This document shows positions 1 through 9,497 of a DNA stretch of 64,000 nt, in pieces; within the stretch, counting starts at the first letter, position 1; each line of letters opens with the position of its first letter. This DNA is from a virus (lineage: Duplodnaviria; Caudoviricetes), in the IMG/VR virus record IMGVR_UViG_3300027782_000029, positions 138,698 to 202,697 of that record; one strand, 5' to 3'. Both the position numbers and the translations under genes were made by a program. The notes below the pieces were generated by a model. It worked only from the letters and a program-made list of their open reading frames with translations, searched no databases and was not told where the DNA came from.

Positions 1-2322
1 TTTTAGGTAAGCTGTAATGTAGGATATCATTGCATAGCTTGCTGCGTGAGCTCTGTTGAATCCATAGCCACCAAAGTATTCAATGTCTGAATATATTTTA
101 TTGGCTCTATCCTGATTTAGCTGAGATGTCTTAACGCACCCACTAACAAACTTTTCTCTAAACAAAGAAATTTTGTCCATTTGTTTTTTACCAATAGCTT
201 TACGAAGATCGTCTGCTTGTCCAGAAGAGAATCCAGCTAGCTCTCGTGCAACGCCAAGAACATCTTCCTGATAAAGCATGATGCCAAGAGATGGACCTAG
301 CACCTCTTCTAGTTTAGGATGATCATATTCAACTCTAGATTTGCCATGCTTTCTATCAATATAAAGCTTATCCATTCCAGAACCCATTGGACCGGGTCTA
401 TATAGGGATATGAGAGCCATGATGTCTTCGATATTCTGAGGCTGAAGTTGAACCATTAGCTCTCTCATGCCAGATGACTCTAACTGAAACACCCCTATAG
501 CATTTGCTCTACATAGTTCTGCATAAGTAGCAGGGTCATCTAGTGGTATTTCGTCTACGACTATATCTAGTCCCTTGTGTTTTTTTACTAATCTAACGCA
601 CTGATCAATTACCCCAAGGTTTCTTAGTCCCAAGAAGTCAATCTTAAGCAGCCCGCACTGCTCCACTCTTCCCATGTCCCATTGGGTTATGACTGGGTTG
701 TCTATTCCCTTTTGCATAATGGGTAAGTATTCGACTAAAGAATCTCTAGAGATAACAATACCAGCTGCATGCATTCCGGTTTGTCTTACCAGTCCTTCTA
801 GTCCAAAAGCAGTATCTATAATCTCTTTGCTAATAGGATCTTTTTTATATAGATCAGCAAAATCAGCAACGTCCATGCACTCGTGCAGAGACTTTGATAC
901 ACCCAAGACTGGTGTAGGAACAAGCTTAGATACCTTATCCCCAGTAGCGAAGTCATGACCCAATGCTCTTGCAGCATCCCTAATAGATTGTCTAGCTCCA
1001 GTTTTATTGAACGTACATATGTGTGCGACTTTGTCATCTCCATATTTGGTTCTAGCATAATCGATTACTTTATCTCTATACCTATCATCAAAGTCTAGGT
1101 CGATGTCGGGCATGGACTTTCTTCCTTCAACTAAGAATCTTTCAAACATTAGACCAAATCTAAGCGGGTCAAGATTCGTGATATTAAAAGCATAGGAAAG
1201 AATACTTCCAGCTGCAGATCCTCTTCCCCAACCAACTCTAATGTCATTGTCCTTAGCCCATCTTACTAGGTCAGAAACAACTAGGAAGTATTCTGGAAAG
1301 CCCATATCTTCTACAACTTTTATTTCATGATTTGCTCGTTCAACAATATGTTCAGGTAGATCATTTCCGTATCTATTTCTAAGTCCTTCCCAAGCTAATC
1401 TCTCAAAGTATTGAGTAGAATTTTCTTTTGTTGGAATTGGAAAGTTTGGAAAATATATATCCCCAAACTTCAACTGCACATCTATCATGTCCGATACTTC
1501 TACGGTATTCTTTAGCCATTCTTCGCTAAAAGTTAAAGCCATCTCATCATAAGATTTAAGATAGAAATTATCTCCACTAAAAGAGAATCTATTCTCTGTG
1601 TGTATTGTACTGTTAGTGGAGACACACAGCATGATGTCGTGAGATCTAGCGTCTTCTCTATGAACATAGTGGCAGTCTCCTGTTGGAACTATCTTAGCTC
1701 CAATAGTTTCTGCTATCTTAATTAAGTCATTTGTTATCTGTATCTGCTCAGCTAATCCATGATTCTGTATCTCTATAAAGTAGTTCTCTTTGCCAACAAT
1801 ATCCTGCATCTTTGCTGCCGACTCAAGTGCAAAGGCGTAATCATTTCTAAGTAAAGCTTGAGAAACCTCACTGTTCAAGCATCCTGATAAAACTATTATT
1901 CCATCAGAGTGCTGAGATATAAGATCATGGTCAATACGTGGCTTTACGTAGTAGCCCTCAAGAAATGATCTTGATGACATCTTAATTATATTGTGGTATC
2001 CAATATTATTCTTTGCCAATATTGTAATGTGATACGGACCTCTTTGTTCCCACTCATTCTTTGATGGGCCAGATCTCTCTTCTGGATCTCTATCAAGTCT
2101 AGTCTTTCTAGCTTGATAAAACTCAGAACCTAGAATTGGTTTAACTCCAAGAGAAGTCCCAGCATCATAGAAGTCTAGCCAAGAGTGAATGTTCCCATGA
2201 TCAGTAGTTGCTAGACCAACCATTCCTAAGTCTTTTGCTTTAGTTAGATATTTCTCTACATTACCATGACCATCTAGCATAGAAAAAACTGTATGATTGT
2301 GTAGGTTGGTCCAGTTTTTCAC
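1..2322 (-). CDS. dnaE: DNA polymerase III alpha subunit (DnaE-type, family C), 3' end runs out of the window
   Basis: Not in the ORF track; translated by hand from GTG at 2322 (overlaps upstream TAG, preceded by AGAGGAG). Reads MKNWTNLHNHTVFSMLDG, with PHP motifs HNHT, TDHG, GSEFY and GDCHY, then GRGSAAGS, the catalytic SMPDIDLDF, QTGMHAAG and GYGFNRAHAASY. Frame is open to position 1. Confidence 0.97.
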   Translation of the reverse strand, partial: MKNWTNLHNHTVFSMLDGHGNVEKYLTKAKDLGMVGLATTDHGNIHSWLDFYDAGTSLGVKPILGSEFYQARKTRLDRDPEERSGPSKNEWEQRGPYHITILAKNNIGYHNIIKMSSRSFLEGYYVKPRIDHDLISQHSDGIIVLSGCLNSEVSQALLRNDYAFALESAAKMQDIVGKENYFIEIQNHGLAEQIQITNDLIKIAETIGAKIVPTGDCHYVHREDARSHDIMLCVSTNSTIHTENRFSFSGDNFYLKSYDEMALTFSEEWLKNTVEVSDMIDVQLKFGDIYFPNFPIPTKENSTQYFERLAWEGLRNRYGNDLPEHIVERANHEIKVVEDMGFPEYFLVVSDLVRWAKDNDIRVGWGRGSAAGSILSYAFNITNLDPLRFGLMFERFLVEGRKSMPDIDLDFDDRYRDKVIDYARTKYGDDKVAHICTFNKTGARQSIRDAARALGHDFATGDKVSKLVPTPVLGVSKSLHECMDVADFADLYKKDPISKEIIDTAFGLEGLVRQTGMHAAGIVISRDSLVEYLPIMQKGIDNPVITQWDMGRVEQCGLLKIDFLGLRNLGVIDQCVRLVKKHKGLDIVVDEIPLDDPATYAELCRANAIGVFQLESSGMRELMVQLQPQNIEDIMALISLYRPGPMGSGMDKLYIDRKHGKSRVEYDHPKLEEVLGPSLGIMLYQEDVLGVARELAGFSSGQADDLRKAIGKKQMDKISLFREKFVSGCVKTSQLNQDRANKIYSDIEYFGGYGFNRAHAASYAMISYITAYLK

Positions 2323-2525
2323 TAAACTCCTCTTTCTCTGTCTGCTTGATCAAGCGACTGATCTCTTGATTCTCTGTAAACTATTATTACTACGCCACCA
2401 CAGTACTTGCATACCGGTGCACTTCCGCCTTGAGCAAATCCACTATTGTACATAGCTTTCATTGGTTGGTCTGATTTGCACTCTGAGCAAACGCCAATAA
2501 CATCATCAGGATTTCTTATTTCCAT
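2322..2525 (-). CDS. Small zinc-ribbon protein
   Basis: 67 aa with CSEC and CKYC pairs; tightly coupled to flanking genes. Confidence 0.7.
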   Translation of the reverse strand: MEIRNPDDVIGVCSECKSDQPMKAMYNSGFAQGGSAPVCKYCGGVVIIVYRESRDQSLDQADRERGV

Positions 2526-3735
2526 TATCTAATTCACCTTCTCTCAATGATCTATACGCAAATCTAATAGGCGATGGAGATGACTTTTCTTGAGTCTCAA
2601 CATATCTATCACCTATTTTAACCCACTTATTTCTTTGCTCCAAAGAGCACTCGCCACATCCAACACCTACTGAATTAGCTCTTTCACACGTATAGGGTCT
2701 TCCACCTATACCCATTTGGCGTCTCTTGACCCAGTCATTTATATGAGCAGAAGATTTCTCAAAGTTGTAGTCTCTACAGTTGCTTAATATCTCATGTAGA
2801 AACTTTATGGAATCTTCAGTGTATGTAAGTATTGAACAAAGAAAAAGTCTGGCCTCATGCTCAAGATAACCTTCTTCTTTAGCTTGAAGATACAATCTTT
2901 TAACTGCAGAGCATTTGGTTAGTAGCATTTTGGGATCAAAATACTTATGAGTTTGCTTTAAGTCCTTAAAAGCTTTTGAGCCGTATTTATTGAAATACTC
3001 TAACGGATCTTGTTTTTTATTTTGAGACTCTTCCATCTCATATGTATATTGCCTATACCATTCATTTGCCTTGTAGCTAAACTCTTGGTCACATACTATT
3101 CCAGTTATTTTTTCTGAACAATATTTTGATATTTCTTCTATACTTTTATAAAGTAAATTTTCTTCTCCATAACAATTTAATAAAGTTTTATGTAATGAAG
3201 TGTCTTGATGTTTTGAACCAGGGTATCTCCACATTCTTCTTTGATCATAAACACTAAAGTCTAAGTTAGAAAGAGAAAGCTTATCTTTTAAGTCATTGGC
3301 TATATACCTAAAGACTTTAGACAAAGCATTGCTGGGGTTAATACCTAAAGCTATTGGCTCACATTCTATATGAAAACCTTTTTTACCAGTAAAATATACT
3401 AATACTGAATCCTTAGGAATAAATGTAGTCAAGTGCTCGTAAAGGCTTATGCATTCTGTCTTAGCTGACTCTATGTCTGAGCTATCTATATCAAAATACA
3501 ATGGACCTAATCTGATTGCTTCGTCTATGTCTTTAGAGTTGTAAGCAAATACAGATGTATATATTCCAGTATTACCATTAGCTTTGGCATACTCTTCTAC
3601 CTCTAGTGAGTTTAACACTAATGGTTTGTCGGCAACCTTATCTCTGATTACTCTTTTAAGTGACGGAACATATCTTGCCACTTCGTAGTAATCCCATTGA
3701 GAAAGGAATTTGTTTTGTTCAAGAGGGATTTTCAT
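2506..3735 (-). CDS. Archaeo-eukaryotic primase (AEP) with C-terminal PriL-like Cys-rich domain
   Basis: AEP motifs LYFDID, FTGKKGFH and YDQRRMWRYPGS. The C-terminus KCSAV...HEARLFL...YTCE...GCGEC resembles the primase large-subunit Fe-S domain. Confidence 0.85.
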   Translation of the reverse strand: MKIPLEQNKFLSQWDYYEVARYVPSLKRVIRDKVADKPLVLNSLEVEEYAKANGNTGIYTSVFAYNSKDIDEAIRLGPLYFDIDSSDIESAKTECISLYEHLTTFIPKDSVLVYFTGKKGFHIECEPIALGINPSNALSKVFRYIANDLKDKLSLSNLDFSVYDQRRMWRYPGSKHQDTSLHKTLLNCYGEENLLYKSIEEISKYCSEKITGIVCDQEFSYKANEWYRQYTYEMEESQNKKQDPLEYFNKYGSKAFKDLKQTHKYFDPKMLLTKCSAVKRLYLQAKEEGYLEHEARLFLCSILTYTEDSIKFLHEILSNCRDYNFEKSSAHINDWVKRRQMGIGGRPYTCERANSVGVGCGECSLEQRNKWVKIGDRYVETQEKSSPSPIRFAYRSLREGELDNGNKKS

Positions 3736-3901
3736 AGAGGTCTATCTTACCAGAATCTGACCCATAATGCCATAATACTTTTTTATTTTCGGACTTAATA
3801 TCTTCACTGTAACTTCTGTAGTAAACTGATTCTTCAATATAGTACTCTAATCTTTTTAGGATGGTAAATCTTTTTAAGAGTCTATCCTCAACATCATTCA
3901 T
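3719..3901 (-). CDS. Hypothetical protein (60 aa)
   Basis: ORF fills the gap and overlaps both neighbours in operon style. Confidence 0.6.
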   Translation of the reverse strand: MNDVEDRLLKRFTILKRLEYYIEESVYYRSYSEDIKSENKKVLWHYGSDSGKIDLYENPS

Positions 3902-4577
3902 TGGATTCCTTAACCCATCTTGACTTATCTATATTTTCCCCATCTACAATGTAGTGAAGCTTTGAAGCAACGTTGTCAGCCATATGAACTATCATATCTA
4001 AATATGTTATTGGATAAGTTTCTGGAACTGGAGACCATGGTCCAAGGTGGCATCGCACCAATCGTAGGATAGATTGAACTAATTCTTCTGACAAAAATAA
4101 AGTAGATGATTCACTTTCTCTTGCAAAGTTCTTATCTTCTTGCTGGCATTTCTTAACAAGGTTTACCACGGTGTAAGGATGAAGAGGATCGTAGTGAAAT
4201 GATGTTTCACCCTCTAGCTTTATTCCTTTGGTTACATCGTGTAGAAGAGATGCTGCGTATACAGTATCTCTATCTTCATCGGAAAGAGAGTATGAATCAG
4301 CTAGCACCTTTGCTGCATGAACAACTCTCTTAGTATGTAAAACATTTCCGCCTTCATTATGTTCGTCAGCAGGGTGATACTTTCCAGAAAAGCTAGATGG
4401 TATAGTCCAGAAATTTCCTGCTCTTAATAAGATAGATCTTACAAAAGACTTTATTGATTCATCTTTTATATAATTTATCTCTTCAAGTAATGGAGCAAGG
4501 ATTGTATCCTCATTTTTTAGTGAGACTATAAAACTATTTTCAGATAATATTTCATCTAATATATTATTACTTTTCAT
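3894..4577 (-). CDS. HD-domain phosphohydrolase (YhaM-like)
   Basis: SSFSGKYH...LHTKRV, LLHDVTKG and HMADNVAS motifs. Confidence 0.85.
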   Translation of the reverse strand: MKSNNILDEILSENSFIVSLKNEDTILAPLLEEINYIKDESIKSFVRSILLRAGNFWTIPSSFSGKYHPADEHNEGGNVLHTKRVVHAAKVLADSYSLSDEDRDTVYAASLLHDVTKGIKLEGETSFHYDPLHPYTVVNLVKKCQQEDKNFARESESSTLFLSEELVQSILRLVRCHLGPWSPVPETYPITYLDMIVHMADNVASKLHYIVDGENIDKSRWVKESNE

Positions 4578-5370
4578 TACTTAAACTTTCTTTCTTTTCC
4601 CACTTATCCCACTTAGAACAAGGCTTATCAAAAGGGCATGACTTACAGTAGGTGATTGTACCTCTTCTAGAAGGGAATATGGTTTCATTCTCTAAAGACG
4701 TGCACCAATAGGATAGTGCTAGCATGTCTTCTGACTCTATTTCGTATTCAAAGAAGTTTGATTTAGTACTTAGCAAGTCATAGTATCCAAACTTTGCATC
4801 CTTGATCTTACTACCATACTTGTGGTAAAACCCTTTATACATAACTGCCATCTCTGCAACATGTCTAAATTCATTTTTCATCTTGTGGTTAAAGGCCCAT
4901 TTAATCACATAGACTTTTCCGTTCTGAGAGTATATTAAATCAAAAGAATCTTCTATATAAACCTGTCCAACAATAGGTGCTATAAACTCGCTAGAGATTC
5001 CCATAGGTATAATGTCTGGACTAGAAAAGTTTTCAACTAAAGCCAAAAGACTAGCTGCTGCTTTCGTGGTTAAGCTTGCATTATTCCCATAAAAACTTTC
5101 GTGTTGTTCATGAGTTATATCATATGCAGTTGTGCCTTTTGGAAACCATAACTTTTCCCATCTATTTAATAGTGAGGCATAGGACGGAACAATGCCAGCC
5201 TGCTTTTTGTAGAAGAAGAAGTGAACAATACTCTTTAGGGTGTTCTCAAATCTTAAACTCATAAGGTCTCTTCCACCTATCGTTTCTGGAAGCTTCTGTA
5301 CATGTCTAAAGTCGTACAGTCTTTCACAGGTTTGAAAATCTTTTATCTGATCAATGCTTATTTTTATCAT
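4567..5370 (-). CDS. PD-(D/E)XK (Cas4/AddB-like) nuclease-fold protein, catalytic motif apparently degenerate
   Basis: N-terminal ISIDQIKDFQTCER and C-terminal YCKSCPFDKPC give the four-Cys staple arrangement. The expected DxK motif reads VIKWAF. Confidence 0.7.
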   Translation of the reverse strand: MIKISIDQIKDFQTCERLYDFRHVQKLPETIGGRDLMSLRFENTLKSIVHFFFYKKQAGIVPSYASLLNRWEKLWFPKGTTAYDITHEQHESFYGNNASLTTKAAASLLALVENFSSPDIIPMGISSEFIAPIVGQVYIEDSFDLIYSQNGKVYVIKWAFNHKMKNEFRHVAEMAVMYKGFYHKYGSKIKDAKFGYYDLLSTKSNFFEYEIESEDMLALSYWCTSLENETIFPSRRGTITYCKSCPFDKPCSKWDKWEKKESLSNEK

Positions 5371-5378
5371 AGCTTCCT

Positions 5379-6860
5379 TTATACCACGTTCATCGATTGT
5401 ATCATATAATCAATATCTTCATCATCTGATGGTTTATTATATGACTCTTTAGTTATAGGTTCATAGTCTTCGTAGGTCTTCTTGTGATCTACATATCTAA
5501 CAAGAGGTGAATCATATACAAAGGTTGATCCAGTAATTCTATTCTTTGGTATCTGAAGCTGCATGATGTTGTCATCCTCAGAATCATCTCCACTAATTAA
5601 CTTTTTCTCAGTTATAAATATAGTCACTGCACACTTCTGTTGAATAGCTAGTGATCCACCAGTGTCAGATTGCTGAACAACTTCTCTTTTTTCTTTCATT
5701 CTATTTGAGTTTTCTTGAGCCGTAATAATAAGGACGCAGTTCATGTCTCTAGCCAACTTTTCTAGGCGAACCATCATCTCTTCAAACTCGCCCCAACGAG
5801 GCTTGCCTTTGCCACCCTTTGTAAACATAGACTGGATAGTATCTATAACAATTACATCTGGAATGCGATCTGCATTTCCCATGATGTCTCTAAGCCATCT
5901 TTCTAAGTCCTCAAAATAGGGAGTGTCTGGATCATGTCTTACCATGAATCTGTCACCCCACTCATCAAGCTTAGCCTTAAAGATGCCGATGTTCTTAACC
6001 TTTTCTTCTTGAGTCCAGTCTCTTGACTCTGCATAAACATTTTTTCCAATTATCTGCGTCATCAATACTCTTTCCCAGTGGGAAATTGCTTCCTCAAAGT
6101 TTACATAAAGAACTCTATATCCGGTGTCTGCCCAGTGGTTAACCAAGCACTTAGCAAACGTACTCTTGCCCTTGCCTGACGCAGCAATTATTGCATGCAC
6201 TGCCCCCTTAAAGAATCCACCATTGTCTGTGTATCCCATAGCTCTATTCAATGCCTTGTATTGCGTAGGAAGAAAGTTTGGTATCTCCAACAGTGCTTCA
6301 GCTCTACGTGATATATCGTTTGCAGTAGTAACATTGTCGAGTGGATTATAATTTAAATCATTTTCTAAATCTTTAATATCAGAAGTAATCTGAGTAATGC
6401 GAGTTATATCTTTGTCAGACTTCTCACCTTTTTGAGTTAATAGCATCTGCAACTCCTGCAAAGCATCTAACTGTTTTCTCTTGTTGGCTTTGTGTTTTAC
6501 TATTTTGATTACTGATTCAGGTGTAGACAGATCTATGGTTGCATAGATATCCATCATTGTTTCTACACCTGAAGCTCCACCAAGAGCTGAGTAGATATCA
6601 CTCTCTGATTCAAGCCATACTCTAAATGATATAGGGTCGACTACATCTAATTTTGTTGTATGATAATAGCCAAGTACTGCTCTGTAGAATTCATTAATGC
6701 CACTTTGGCCATGGATAGTTCCTACTATGTCTTCTGGAAGAGCTGAATCAAATAATTCTATAGCTCCTTTTTGTCTTAGTGATAGAGCAAATATCTGATA
6801 CTCAATTGGATACTCTGGCTTGACAGAATCTTGTTCTTGTTGCACTTCTTCAATTGTCAT
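5379..6860 (-). CDS. dnaB: Replicative DnaB-like helicase
   Basis: Walker A AASGKGKS, motif VNFEE, Walker B VIVIDTIQ, ITAQEN, and LQIPKNR arginine finger. Confidence 0.93.
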   Translation of the reverse strand: MTIEEVQQEQDSVKPEYPIEYQIFALSLRQKGAIELFDSALPEDIVGTIHGQSGINEFYRAVLGYYHTTKLDVVDPISFRVWLESESDIYSALGGASGVETMMDIYATIDLSTPESVIKIVKHKANKRKQLDALQELQMLLTQKGEKSDKDITRITQITSDIKDLENDLNYNPLDNVTTANDISRRAEALLEIPNFLPTQYKALNRAMGYTDNGGFFKGAVHAIIAASGKGKSTFAKCLVNHWADTGYRVLYVNFEEAISHWERVLMTQIIGKNVYAESRDWTQEEKVKNIGIFKAKLDEWGDRFMVRHDPDTPYFEDLERWLRDIMGNADRIPDVIVIDTIQSMFTKGGKGKPRWGEFEEMMVRLEKLARDMNCVLIITAQENSNRMKEKREVVQQSDTGGSLAIQQKCAVTIFITEKKLISGDDSEDDNIMQLQIPKNRITGSTFVYDSPLVRYVDHKKTYEDYEPITKESYNKPSDDEDIDYMIQSMNVV

Positions 6861-7494
6861 TTTTCTTTGACTCTTTCACTTTCCTATAATAGGATTTTTT
6901 ATTTTCTGAATTCTTTTTTTTTGCTGCTATGTAGGCAGGGTTGTCTTTAGCAGATTTTTTAAATGTTTCTTTTTTAACATGCTCAGAACTTCTTATGGCA
7001 TCCAGCATTCTATTATACACTGATTCCTCAGTAAGCATGTCATTATAGCGAAATACTATTAGAGCAATTCCTTGCTCTTTGCATAGCTTCGCTTTTATTT
7101 CGTCTCTTTTTTGCGCTTCTTCAAAGTCATATTTTGAATCAAAGAATCTTTGAGTATAATAAAAATGCTGTCTGCCATGATACTCTGCTGCTATAGCATA
7201 CTTCTCGCAGTATACATCCAGTCTAAGCTTTTCACCTATATGAAATTCATTTATTACTTTTTCACCTGGTAAAAGTTTTGCCATTATAGCTGTTAGTGCA
7301 GCTTGGCCTCTAGACATCTTTTTGTGATGTTCTTTAATCCAAGATAAGCCAAGATGATTAATCTTTTTATTAAGCTCATGAATTGTTATTGACATTTCTT
7401 TTGCTATCTGATTTAAAGATAGACTTGTATCAAATAAAAGATCCGTCAAGAACTCATCATCGTCTTTTATCTCATCCCAACTGCTCTTGGGCAT
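6850..7494 (-). CDS. HTH plus DUF559/Vsr-like endonuclease-domain protein
   Basis: N-terminal helix-turn-helix-like segment (LSLNQIAKEMSIT) and LRLDVYC...AAEYHGRQHF motif. Confidence 0.7.
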   Translation of the reverse strand: MPKSSWDEIKDDDEFLTDLLFDTSLSLNQIAKEMSITIHELNKKINHLGLSWIKEHHKKMSRGQAALTAIMAKLLPGEKVINEFHIGEKLRLDVYCEKYAIAAEYHGRQHFYYTQRFFDSKYDFEEAQKRDEIKAKLCKEQGIALIVFRYNDMLTEESVYNRMLDAIRSSEHVKKETFKKSAKDNPAYIAAKKKNSENKKSYYRKVKESKKNDN

Positions 7495-7499
7495 GATCC

Positions 7500-8138
7500 T
7501 TATACCTTAGCTTTAGCTACGGCTCTTGCTACTGTTAAAGACTTTCCTAAGTCCAGTATAGACATCTTTGTTGTTTCCCATATCTTAGGAGCAATAGCAG
7601 AGCTGAACATTGGACAATCCAATACACAAAAATCATACTCATTACTAAATTCAGATATCTGAGACATAACACTATCTATTTTTTCATAGAAATCGTTATA
7701 AGGAACATGAATAAAGGCGGAGTCCTTAGAAAAATATTTAGATATAAGACTCTTGTACTGAAAGCTAATGACTAAAGTTTTCGTATGCTTAAGATAGTGA
7801 GACATAAATATTTTAAATACTTCTTCGTTGTTATTAATGTAATTTTCCAAGAAGGCTGCATCTGCAAACTTTTGATTGCTAAGACCAACTCTATTAAGTT
7901 TATCTTCAAATGTTTCTAGGAAATCTTTTTGAGATGCTTTAAAAAACATGGGGTCAGAGCTTGTTAATCCAGAAAGAATAGCATTGGTAAAGTTTTTTGG
8001 TGGTTTCTTCTCACCTTTTAATTCTCCAATAGCACTAAATAAAGAAGATCTTGTATAGGTAACGAATGCAAACCTATTCTTCTTTTCTAGCAATTCTGTT
8101 ACTTTGATTATAGTTTGCTTTTCGGTTAAAGTTTCCAT
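7500..8138 (-). CDS. Putative GT-D-fold (glycosyltransferase-related) protein
   Basis: Motifs FAFVTY near the N-terminus and ILDLGKSL near the C-terminus recall GT-D-fold proteins; adjacent to a GT2. Inference from motif resemblance only. Confidence 0.4.
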   Translation of the reverse strand: METLTEKQTIIKVTELLEKKNRFAFVTYTRSSLFSAIGELKGEKKPPKNFTNAILSGLTSSDPMFFKASQKDFLETFEDKLNRVGLSNQKFADAAFLENYINNNEEVFKIFMSHYLKHTKTLVISFQYKSLISKYFSKDSAFIHVPYNDFYEKIDSVMSQISEFSNEYDFCVLDCPMFSSAIAPKIWETTKMSILDLGKSLTVARAVAKAKV

Positions 8139-8139
8139 T

Positions 8140-8823
8140 TTATTTATTCCAGTTCATTAGTACAGGGTTAGGATCGGCTATAGATTGAATGTGATTTATG
8201 TTATGAAACTGACCTGCATCTAGAGTCATGTATCGTTCGTGCTTAGATTTCTTGTCCTCATCACGGACATAACCTAGGTGTTGCATCATTAGTTTTGATG
8301 CTCTCCAGAAATTATGAGCTCGCACTAACTGGGGCACATAGGTCGGTTCTGAACCGCATGCTAGCTTCTTGTCAAAGAATGTTCCGCCATTTTGATATCT
8401 AAAGATTCTAGAACTATCGCTTGGAGTCCATAGCTTGTCTACTCTATATTGAGTATCATTCCACATGTGATAGAATCTCACGTTAACAACATCATAAGGA
8501 GATCTATTAAGGACATCTCTTAATTTCATATCGTGTTCATGAAAAAGCATTTCATCACAGTCTATTGCAACTATCCAGTCACCCTCTGTTGCAAACTTCT
8601 CTAAGTTTTTCCATGCAGTTGATCTTAAGTTTCCTTCGCTTTCATTAAACATTGATTTGTTTGAACTAAAGACTTCGGCGTACTTAGAAGCTATTTCTAT
8701 TGTGTTATCTGTAGAGCAGTCATCAGTGAATATTATTTTATCTACTTGCGCAGATAGTCTTTCAAGCACTGGCTCTAAGAATCTATCAGCTTCGTTTTTT
8801 CCAACTATTTGGGCGATTATCAT
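8140..8823 (-). CDS. Glycosyltransferase family 2
   Basis: IVGKNEA, DDCSTDNT, DxD motif AIDCDE, and HLGY. Confidence 0.88.
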   Translation of the reverse strand: MIIAQIVGKNEADRFLEPVLERLSAQVDKIIFTDDCSTDNTIEIASKYAEVFSSNKSMFNESEGNLRSTAWKNLEKFATEGDWIVAIDCDEMLFHEHDMKLRDVLNRSPYDVVNVRFYHMWNDTQYRVDKLWTPSDSSRIFRYQNGGTFFDKKLACGSEPTYVPQLVRAHNFWRASKLMMQHLGYVRDEDKKSKHERYMTLDAGQFHNINHIQSIADPNPVLMNWNK

Positions 8824-8838
8824 TTTAACCTCTTAAGT

Positions 8839-8873
8839 AAAAAAGGGCTGGGGATTCGCTACCCCAGCCCTTT
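8839..8873 (-). terminator. Rho-independent terminator
   Basis: Minus strand AAAGGGCTGGGG-TAGCGAAT-CCCCAGCCCTTTTTT: GC-rich inverted repeat followed by a U tract in the 8823-8888 intergenic gap. Confidence 0.85.
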
Positions 8874-8887
8874 ACGTACATGAACTA

Positions 8888-9079
8888 TTAAGCTGTAAGC
8901 TCTTCGATTTGATCACGAGCTTCGATAGAAGAAATGCGCTCAATATCTGTAGTATTGAACAATACTTCCCCCGTAATTCCACGGCGACCCATAGAAAGCT
9001 TCTGTGCATCTGTCTTGTTATTTGCTTTTACAAGTGTTGTGGTAGTAACAGCAAAGTACTTGAACTTGTTATCTGACAT
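8888..9079 (-). CDS. Small protein (63 aa), paralogous to the N-terminus of the 38454-39719 phosphoesterase
   Basis: KYFAVTTTTLVKANNKTDAQKL..G.....GEVL aligns by eye with KYFLVTKSHIVKAKNMTHAKAL..G.....GDVL. Confidence 0.75.
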   Translation of the reverse strand: MSDNKFKYFAVTTTTLVKANNKTDAQKLSMGRRGITGEVLFNTTDIERISSIEARDQIEELTA

Positions 9080-9092
9080 TTTATTTTCCTTC

Positions 9093-9497
9093 TTATTTTG
9101 TTGGATAATGTATTGCTATATATTCTATAGCATCTTGCAGGGTGTCTGCAAGTTTTGTTGCCATATATCTCATATATGGTCGATCTTTATTCTGATTAGA
9201 ACACATAACAACTGCTGGTTGATTATGGATTTTTGCCCATGCCATTTCGTAGTCTGTTCCTATGTAGGCTCTATCTTCTAACATGTATTCTACCAGAAGA
9301 ATGTCTGATCTCTTCTGCATAAATAGATTTTTTTGTACCTTTTCTTCTGGGGACATATCTTCCCCTTCTGGTATAGAAGTTGGGTCCAACACTTTGTATC
9401 CACGTAAGGCCAACATGAATGTAGCTTCTTGTCTCCATCCCTTGGCATAGTCGCCAACATAATCCATAGCGCCAGCTAAATAAACTGTAATACTCAT
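9093..9497 (-). CDS. Nucleoside 2-deoxyribosyltransferase-like protein
   Basis: VYLAGAM, SDILLV and IGTDYEMAWA motifs. Start moved to the ATG at 9497, which overlaps the upstream TGA (ATGA). Confidence 0.75.
   Translation of the reverse strand: MSITVYLAGAMDYVGDYAKGWRQEATFMLALRGYKVLDPTSIPEGEDMSPEEKVQKNLFMQKRSDILLVEYMLEDRAYIGTDYEMAWAKIHNQPAVVMCSNQNKDRPYMRYMATKLADTLQDAIEYIAIHYPTK

Noticed and set aside
3894-5370. HD plus Cas4-like pair as a CRISPR-Cas locus
   Set aside because: No repeat-spacer array or other cas genes are visible; both families are common in phage replication modules.
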